Origin: Ignavibacteriaceae bacterium
GTDB taxonomy: Bacteria; Bacteroidota; Ignavibacteria; Ignavibacteriales; Ignavibacteriaceae
DNA: 64,000 nt
Reading direction: 5' to 3'
Assembly (NCBI GenBank): GCA_035266865.1
Contig: DATFMR010000098.1
Span: 3,952 to 67,951, forward strand
In this document: positions 57,829 to 64,000 of the stretch, one piece after another
Layout: every line of letters starts with the position of its first letter
Position numbering within the stretch: the stretch's first letter is position 1
Position numbers and translations under genes: made by a program
The notes under the pieces: generated by a model
Database searches by the model: none
Told to the model about the DNA's origin: nothing
What the model saw: only the letters and a program-made list of their open reading frames with translations

Positions 57829-58611
57829 ATGAAAATAAAAGCAACATTATTTTGTTTAGTATTCCTGTTAATATCATCAGGTTTTATTTTGGCACAAAAT
57901 GTTAATGAGCTAATAAAACAAGGGGATGAATTAATTGACAATTTTAACAATCAGGAAGCACTAGAAAGATATCTTCAGGCTGATAAAATTTCACCAAATA
58001 ACTGGGAAGTAAACTGGAGAATTAGTCGGGCTTATGTAAATATTGCAAACCAAATGCCTGCTAATACAGGGGATCAAGAAGATGATCAGCTTGCTGTCTA
58101 TCAGAAAGCATTGGATTATGCTGACAAAGCTGTAAGTATAGCTCCTGATAAATCAGCTACTTATTTAAGAAGAGCAATTGCAAATGGAAAAATTGCACTA
58201 TTTAAAGGAGTTTTTTCAGTTGCTGGTGTTGTAAATAAGGTAAGAGAGGACATTGTAAAAGCAATACAATTAGGAAATGGTGGAGATTATGTTCAATCAC
58301 TTTGCCATTATGTACTGGGTAGAACTCATGCTAAAGTTTCAGAAAAATGGAAACCAGCAAGAGCAATTTTAGGGCTAGGATGGGGAGATATTGAAATTGC
58401 AATTGAAGAATATAAAAAGGCTATAAAGTTAAATTCCGATTTCAGGATGTTTTATCTGGACCTTGCCAGAGCGTATATCGAGGAAGATGAGTACAAATTA
58501 GCCAGACAAAACCTAAAAATAGTTCCTACCAAGCCTAAACTGGAAGAAGATGATGATAAGAGAATTGAGGAAGCAAAGAAACTATTAGTTGAGATCGAGG
58601 ACGAAGATTAG
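57829..58611 (+). CDS. secreted TPR-like repeat protein, hypothetical
   Basis: Signal peptide and helical repeats with a TPR-like A/Y/L pattern. Confidence 0.55.
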   Translation: MKIKATLFCLVFLLISSGFILAQNVNELIKQGDELIDNFNNQEALERYLQADKISPNNWEVNWRISRAYVNIANQMPANTGDQEDDQLAVYQKALDYADKAVSIAPDKSATYLRRAIANGKIALFKGVFSVAGVVNKVREDIVKAIQLGNGGDYVQSLCHYVLGRTHAKVSEKWKPARAILGLGWGDIEIAIEEYKKAIKLNSDFRMFYLDLARAYIEEDEYKLARQNLKIVPTKPKLEEDDDKRIEEAKKLLVEIEDED

Positions 58612-58634
58612 TTAATTAAGCAAGAATTAAAAAG

Positions 58635-58668
58635 AAAAGGGATGGTGCTAATTCCATCCCTTTTTTTT
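58635..58668. terminator. bidirectional rho-independent terminator
   Basis: AAAAGGGATGG-tgctaatt-CCATCCCTTTT is flanked by A-rich sequence on the 5' side and T8 on the 3' side. It sits between convergent genes ending at 58611 and 58681. Confidence 0.8.
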
Positions 58669-58680
58669 AATAATTCAGAA

Positions 58681-59904
58681 CTAAATTCCTATTGATAAGC
58701 TGATAGATGCTAGATGTGCATGAGATTTATATGTGCCATTAAAAGGCGGCGAAGCTTTAGAACTTGTTACATTTACTTCACCATTATGTATAAATAGGTA
58801 GGATCCATTTATAGTTATGTTTTCACTAAATTTATATCCAAAACCTGCACTAAATCCTAAGCGATTACCTTCCGGCAAAGAAGGATCTACATAGTCTTCT
58901 TTTACAGGGCTCTTGTCGTAATAAATACCTGCTCCTAGATCTAAGTTTTCAGCAGCTTCAAATTCGGTTCCTAGTCTTATTATAAAAGAATTTTCATACA
59001 TCCTTGGACTTGCTGAAGACGAACCGTTGCTAAAAACTACTTTTAATGTATCGTAGCTAGACCACCCTATATATTGAACATCGGCTACCATTTTAACTTT
59101 TGGACTTACATGATAAGCAATACCTCCAGTTAAATTAAACGGAGCAGTTAGATTAGCTGTTGCTGGTCCATTTGGGTAGGAAGGTGCTAATGCCGGCGAA
59201 GGTAAACCAGTTGTTGTCGCATTTCCTTCAAATCCATATTTCAATTGGCTGTGAAATGAAAGACCAAATGATAATTCCTGTGAAGGTTTATATAATAACC
59301 CAAAATTATAACCAAAGGCCGATTTATCTTTGCCCTCAATTGTGACTAAAGCATCGCCTCCTCCGAACATTGTCGGGATAGGTGCTTTTTTAGTAATAGT
59401 AACATTTGCCCAACTATAAACGAAACCAGCACTTAATGAAAATTGCTCCGAAACTTTTATCGCAACCACAGGAGAAATAGTGAATACTTTAAGAGTAGTT
59501 TCAATAGCATTATATCTACCAGGCCAGTTTGCGTCCCATTTTGTTCCCAGACCAAATGGAGTTGTAAAACCTATTCCCAAAGCTATATTATCTGATGCTC
59601 TGTGTGAGATAAAAATATGTGTAGGAAAAAAGGTTTGACTTTCTGTTTTGTATTCTGTGCCTCCATTCATCCAAGATGAACTTGGTGCAATTAAGGTTGT
59701 ACCAAAGAGAAAATGAGTGCCAGATAGCTGTGTAAGACCCGCAGCATTAAAATATATAGCAGAAGCATCATCGGCAAGACCGGTAAAAGCACCACCCATT
59801 GCCATTGCTCTTGCCGAATGTTCATTAATTTGAAATCCACCAGCAAAAACACTGTTAGAAAAAATTAAAATGAACAATGCAAAAGAGTAAAGTTTTAGTT
59901 TCAA
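58681..59904 (-). CDS. outer-membrane transport protein, FadL/OmpP1/Toluene_X family
   Basis: Signal peptide, N-terminal GGFQINEHSARAMAMGGAF and a beta-barrel pattern. Confidence 0.8.
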   Translation of the reverse strand: MKLKLYSFALFILIFSNSVFAGGFQINEHSARAMAMGGAFTGLADDASAIYFNAAGLTQLSGTHFLFGTTLIAPSSSWMNGGTEYKTESQTFFPTHIFISHRASDNIALGIGFTTPFGLGTKWDANWPGRYNAIETTLKVFTISPVVAIKVSEQFSLSAGFVYSWANVTITKKAPIPTMFGGGDALVTIEGKDKSAFGYNFGLLYKPSQELSFGLSFHSQLKYGFEGNATTTGLPSPALAPSYPNGPATANLTAPFNLTGGIAYHVSPKVKMVADVQYIGWSSYDTLKVVFSNGSSSASPRMYENSFIIRLGTEFEAAENLDLGAGIYYDKSPVKEDYVDPSLPEGNRLGFSAGFGYKFSENITINGSYLFIHNGEVNVTSSKASPPFNGTYKSHAHLASISLSIGI

Positions 59905-60197
59905 GGTTCCTCCTGTTTATTCGTCCAGTTTATAAAATATCTATTTTAGATATATTATTGATTGCTTTCACCCTAAACAAAAAAGTAAAAAATAAGTTTA
60001 GAAGATTACCTGGATTTTATTTAAACCAAGTAAATATTTCCAGATCTCCGGTTTTATTTGTAAAATTATAATCCAAAAATTATGGAAAGTGGTTTGATGG
60101 ACGTTATTACCCAAATTATGTCCCAATTTTATAACGAACTCCCCATCCCCAAACTCGCCCCCAATATATTTTTAATTACCCAATTTAAACCGATGAA

Positions 60198-60698
60198 TTA
60201 TTCAACAGAAAATAATCTGGCACCTTTTTCAACAGCGGCATTTTCTTTCACAAATATCTCTTTGATAATTCCCAAAGAAGGTGATTTGATGTCATTTTCC
60301 ATTTTCATTGCCTCAAGAATCATAATGGATTCCCCCGCCTCAATTTTTTGCCCTGGTTCTTTCTTAATTTTTAAGAGCATCCCAGGCATCGGAGCTTTAA
60401 CTTCTCTTAATTGATTTAAAGAACCTGTTTTTTCAATTACTTTAGTAACCTTATCCTGAAGTACAGTTCTCACTTCCAAATCATATGTAAAACCAGATAA
60501 TGATACACATATTTTATCATTGTCCATTTTTACATATGAAATATCGTAAATTTTTTCATCAATTTGTAATCTAAATGTTGAATTTGTCAACTTTATCAAT
60601 TCACAATGAAATGCTTTACTTTCTACAAAAATCTTAGAATTTTGCGATAATTTAATGTTTTTCCTAATTCCTCGTAAAGTAACAATATATTCACTCAT
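60198..60698 (-). CDS. biotin carboxyl carrier / biotin-lipoyl attachment protein
   Basis: C-terminal biotinylation motif LEAMKMEN. Overlaps the accC stop by 8 nt. Confidence 0.85.
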   Translation of the reverse strand: MSEYIVTLRGIRKNIKLSQNSKIFVESKAFHCELIKLTNSTFRLQIDEKIYDISYVKMDNDKICVSLSGFTYDLEVRTVLQDKVTKVIEKTGSLNQLREVKAPMPGMLLKIKKEPGQKIEAGESIMILEAMKMENDIKSPSLGIIKEIFVKENAAVEKGARLFSVE

Positions 60699-62187
60699 AC
60701 TGAAGCCCGGTCCATTTGTTCTGATGATTATTTAATGTCTCCGGTTTTTGAATATTTGGTGACTGAGATTTCAATAATACAGCAAAAATTGAAGCTGCAT
60801 TTTCCAAATCAAGATCCTTAAGAGTTTCACCTTTTGCAAATTTTTCAACAAGCTTTTCTTTTTCAATAAAATTGATGTCGAAGTTTCCTTTGATAAACTT
60901 TTTATTTTCAAATACTTCCAAAAGGAATGAAATGTTATTAATAACACCTGAGATTCTGAATTCTTTCAAAGCACGATTCATTCTTGCTATAGCATTTTTT
61001 CTGTCATCAGCCCAGGTTACTAATTTTGCTATTAACGGATCATAATACATTGAAATATCAGATCCACGTGTAAATCCGGCATCTATTCTTATTCCAGGAC
61101 CCGCCGGAAGATCAAATTCATTTAAATTACCAGTTGCAGGTAAAAAATTATTTTCCGGGTCCTCTGCATAAACTCTGCTTTCTAAAGCATGTCCATTAAT
61201 TGAAAGATCAGATTGTTTGAATGATAATTTATTCCCGTTAGCAATTGATATTTGTTCTTTAACCAGATCAATACCCGAAATTAATTCAGTTACGGGATGT
61301 TCAACCTGCAAACGTGTATTCATCTCGAGGAAATAAAAATCCTTATTTTTATCCATTAGGAATTCAATTGTACCGGCATTGTAGTAATTACAAGCTTTTG
61401 CAGCATTTATTCCGGCAGTTGTTATTTTTTCCCTGGTTTTTTCATCTACAAATGATGATGGTGCTTCTTCAATAATTTTTTGATGACGTCTTTGGATAGA
61501 ACATTCTCTTTCAAACAGGTGTGCATAATTTCCATGTTTATCTGCTATCACCTGGACTTCAATATGTTTTGGATTCTCGATAAATTTTTCAATATAGACT
61601 GCATCATTAGCAAATGATTTTAGAGCTTCTCTTTTTGTTGCTTCAAGAGAGTCTTTCAAGTCTTTTTCTGTAGAAACTTTTCTCATTCCCTTTCCACCCC
61701 CGCCGGCTGATGCTTTTAAAAGTACAGGGAAACCAATTTCCTTAGAAATTTTTAATGCATCTTCGGCTGAATCTACCGGCTCTGTTGTACCGGGGACAAT
61801 AGGAACATTATTCTTTTTCATTAATTGACGCGCCGCAGTTTTACTTCCCATCATTTTAACAGAATTTGCGGACGGACCAATAAATATTAACCCGGCTTTT
61901 TCAACAGCTTCTATAAAATCAGCATTTTCTGAGAAATAACCGTACCCGGGATGAATTGCATCGGCTTTTATTTCTTTTGCAAGTTTGAGTATTTTATTTT
62001 TGTTTAAGTAGGATTCTGAAGATTGAGCAGGACCTATAAGATAGGATTCATCAGCCAATGCTGTATGCAGAGACGTTTTATCTGCTTCAGAGTATATTGC
62101 CGCAGAAGTAATGCCTAATTCTTTACAAGCACGAATAACTCTAACAGCAATCTCACCGCGGTTAGCAATTAATATTTTTTTTATCAA
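60691..62187 (-). CDS. accC: biotin carboxylase subunit of an acyl-CoA carboxylase
   Basis: ILIANRGEIA, ATP-grasp motifs (GGGGKGMR) and EMNTRLQVEHPVTE. Confidence 0.95.
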   Translation of the reverse strand: MIKKILIANRGEIAVRVIRACKELGITSAAIYSEADKTSLHTALADESYLIGPAQSSESYLNKNKILKLAKEIKADAIHPGYGYFSENADFIEAVEKAGLIFIGPSANSVKMMGSKTAARQLMKKNNVPIVPGTTEPVDSAEDALKISKEIGFPVLLKASAGGGGKGMRKVSTEKDLKDSLEATKREALKSFANDAVYIEKFIENPKHIEVQVIADKHGNYAHLFERECSIQRRHQKIIEEAPSSFVDEKTREKITTAGINAAKACNYYNAGTIEFLMDKNKDFYFLEMNTRLQVEHPVTELISGIDLVKEQISIANGNKLSFKQSDLSINGHALESRVYAEDPENNFLPATGNLNEFDLPAGPGIRIDAGFTRGSDISMYYDPLIAKLVTWADDRKNAIARMNRALKEFRISGVINNISFLLEVFENKKFIKGNFDINFIEKEKLVEKFAKGETLKDLDLENAASIFAVLLKSQSPNIQKPETLNNHQNKWTGLQYE

Positions 62188-62189
62188 AA

Positions 62190-64000
62190 TCAGTCCTTCA
62201 AAAATTCAGCAATAGTAATTCCTTCTCCTCCCAATTCGATAGGAGCAAAATAAAAATTATTTATTTTTTCGTGTTTCTTTAAAATGTCTTTTACAGTTTT
62301 TTTAAGTGCCCCGGTCCCCTTACCATGTAAAATTTCAATTCTGTCAAGCCCGGCAGAGTAAGCTTCATCAATAAATTTAATTACTCTGAATTCAGCTTCT
62401 TCCGATCTTTCCCCTCTAATATCCAGCCGGATTTCTGCACTGCTATTTGAATACTCAAAATTACTAATATTTGGAATAGATTTCTTGTTTTTTTTAGAAT
62501 GATTCAAATTTGAAATCTTAGCCTGAATTTTAAGTGAACCTGAAAGAATTGTTGCTTTTTTCCTTTCTTTATCAATTTCTATTATTTCACCTGTAGTTTG
62601 TGTATTCTGTATTACTACAAAATCACCTAATTCAAAATTTTTGTTATCATTTTCCAGTTCGACATTTTGTTCTATCAGGGCTTCATTCTCTTTATTCAGT
62701 TCTTTAATTACTGACTTTGCAGCTTTAATTGATTCTTTACTTGCATTGGTTTCACGAACATCTTTAATTGCATTTTCTACCTTTTTATTTAGATTATTCA
62801 AATATACAGAAGCCTCCGCGCCTGCATTCTTCAATATTTCTTTTTTCTCTTTATTTAATTGATCAAGATTTTGTTTATAAAGATTTGAAAGACCTTTTAA
62901 CCTGGAATTTTCAATTTCCATTTTTTTAAGTTTTTCTTTTAATTCAAATGATTTTTCTTCAATTTCAGCAAGAAATTTTTCAATGTTGTGTTTACCGGTA
63001 TCCAAGTTTTCCTTTGCTACCGATAGGATATCTTCATCAAAACCAATTCTTTGTGCAATTTCAAACGCATAACTTGAGCCGGGAATTCCCTGCTTAAAAA
63101 CATAGGTTGGGGATAAATTTTTATGATCAAATTCCATTGCTGCGTTTTCAAAACCATTTAGGTCATTGGCTATTAGTTTCAGGCTGCCGTGATGTGTAGT
63201 AGCAAGCACTTTAGCATTCTTTTTTTGAAGAGAAATAAGAACTGAAATAGCTAAAGCTGCCCCCTCAGCAGGATCTGTACCTGTACCTATTTCATCGACA
63301 AGGATTAAAGAATTTCCATCAGATTTTTCGAGAATCTCTTTTATGTTTGATAAATGAGAGCTGAATGTTGATAGATCATCTTCAAGAGATTGTTCATCTC
63401 CGATATCAACTAGGATATTGTTAAAAATATGCAGATTTGAATCAGGACTTGCAGGAATTGGAATCCCGCATTGAATCATGATGCTAATCAACCCGATAGT
63501 TTTTAATACTACGGTTTTCCCACCTGCATTAGGACCGGTTATTATCACAACATTCTTTTTATCAAGTGTTAGGTTTAAAGGTACAGTCTTTTCTTTCCCG
63601 ATTCTCTTTAGTAAAAGTGGATGCCTAGCGGATTCTATATAATATTTCTCACTTTCGTTTAGAGTTGGAAAATCACCAATAATTTCAATTGCGTATTTTG
63701 CTCGTGCAAATATCGAATCAAGTGAAGCAATAATGTTTGAATTATTTTTAAGCTCATCGCTAACTTCGCTTATCTTTTTCGTAATGATTTTGAGAATTCT
63801 TTCAATTTCTCTTTTTTCTTCAAATGATAGTGATAATATCTCATTATTCAGATCAAGAGTTTCCTCCGGTTCAATATAAACCGTTTGCCCTGTTGAAGAT
63901 TCTGAATGAATAAATCCCCTGATATGTCTTTTGTGCTCGGCTTTCACGGGAACAACAATTCTTCCGTCCCTTAATGTTAAATAATCCTCCCTTATAATCT
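62190..64000 (-). CDS. mutS2: endonuclease MutS2, N-terminus outside the window
   Basis: Walker A ITGPNAGGKT, DEIGTGTDP, a long coiled coil and a C-terminal Smr domain (LDIRGERSEEA...HGKGTGAL). The frame stays open past 63947 to the window edge. Confidence 0.9.
   Translation of the reverse strand, partial: IIREDYLTLRDGRIVVPVKAEHKRHIRGFIHSESSTGQTVYIEPEETLDLNNEILSLSFEEKREIERILKIITKKISEVSDELKNNSNIIASLDSIFARAKYAIEIIGDFPTLNESEKYYIESARHPLLLKRIGKEKTVPLNLTLDKKNVVIITGPNAGGKTVVLKTIGLISIMIQCGIPIPASPDSNLHIFNNILVDIGDEQSLEDDLSTFSSHLSNIKEILEKSDGNSLILVDEIGTGTDPAEGAALAISVLISLQKKNAKVLATTHHGSLKLIANDLNGFENAAMEFDHKNLSPTYVFKQGIPGSSYAFEIAQRIGFDEDILSVAKENLDTGKHNIEKFLAEIEEKSFELKEKLKKMEIENSRLKGLSNLYKQNLDQLNKEKKEILKNAGAEASVYLNNLNKKVENAIKDVRETNASKESIKAAKSVIKELNKENEALIEQNVELENDNKNFELGDFVVIQNTQTTGEIIEIDKERKKATILSGSLKIQAKISNLNHSKKNKKSIPNISNFEYSNSSAEIRLDIRGERSEEAEFRVIKFIDEAYSAGLDRIEILHGKGTGALKKTVKDILKKHEKINNFYFAPIELGGEGITIAEFLKD

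Noticed and set aside
57717-57950. ORF 57717-57950 (-), 77 aa.
   Set aside because: It overlaps the start and signal peptide of the better-supported + strand TPR-like gene and the promoter region. No motifs.
59877-60071. ORF 59877-60071 (+), 64 aa, in the FadL/BCCP spacer.
   Set aside because: It overlaps the FadL-like gene start in antisense, has a low-complexity basic sequence and shows no SD.
1-64000. A search for CRISPR arrays, rRNA, IS elements or transposases, phage integrases, toxin-antitoxin pairs and known defence genes.
   Set aside because: None were seen. The only recombinase is a housekeeping-type Xer gene at 36090-36977 in a conserved hpf-hprK-topA neighbourhood. The only nuclease candidates are the conserved HNH gene and MutS2.

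Overview
This is an AT-rich bacterial chromosomal window with dense coding, about 70 CDS and one tRNA. A T9SS-type C-terminal sorting domain, a DUF5683 gene after parAB, a standalone PASTA protein and an hpf-hprK cluster suggest an FCB-group (Ignavibacteriota/Bacteroidota-like) organism; this is inference only. Most of the window is housekeeping: rpe, folP, cdaA, parAB, aroQ, purF, ftsY, holB, hprK, hpf, topA, ybeY, lysS, scpAB, trpS, acpS, ggt, ssb, accC/BCCP and a partial mutS2. The exception is about 9 kb between tRNA-Pro(GGG) (15654-15727) and purF (24996). This stretch is a signalling-heavy accessory block. It holds a STAS protein, a decapitated histidine-kinase fragment, a T9SS-exported polysaccharide deacetylase, an orphan receiver, an exported histidine phosphatase, a small-protein/HisKA_3 kinase/NarL-type regulator operon, a secreted protein ending in CPPWC and a multi-TM protein. 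The block is punctuated by a five-member family of a roughly 20-23 bp element with the perfect palindromic core GTATTAATAC. Two members sit 56-73 nt upstream of operon start codons. Two diverged members form a 20/23 inverted pair that brackets a 4.7 kb cassette and overlaps the regulator's stop codon. I consider this repeat-marked signalling cassette the best candidate for something undescribed. Its function (operator regulon, recombination sites or mobile-element ends) cannot be decided from sequence alone. I saw no CRISPR array, transposase, integrase-at-tRNA or rRNA.
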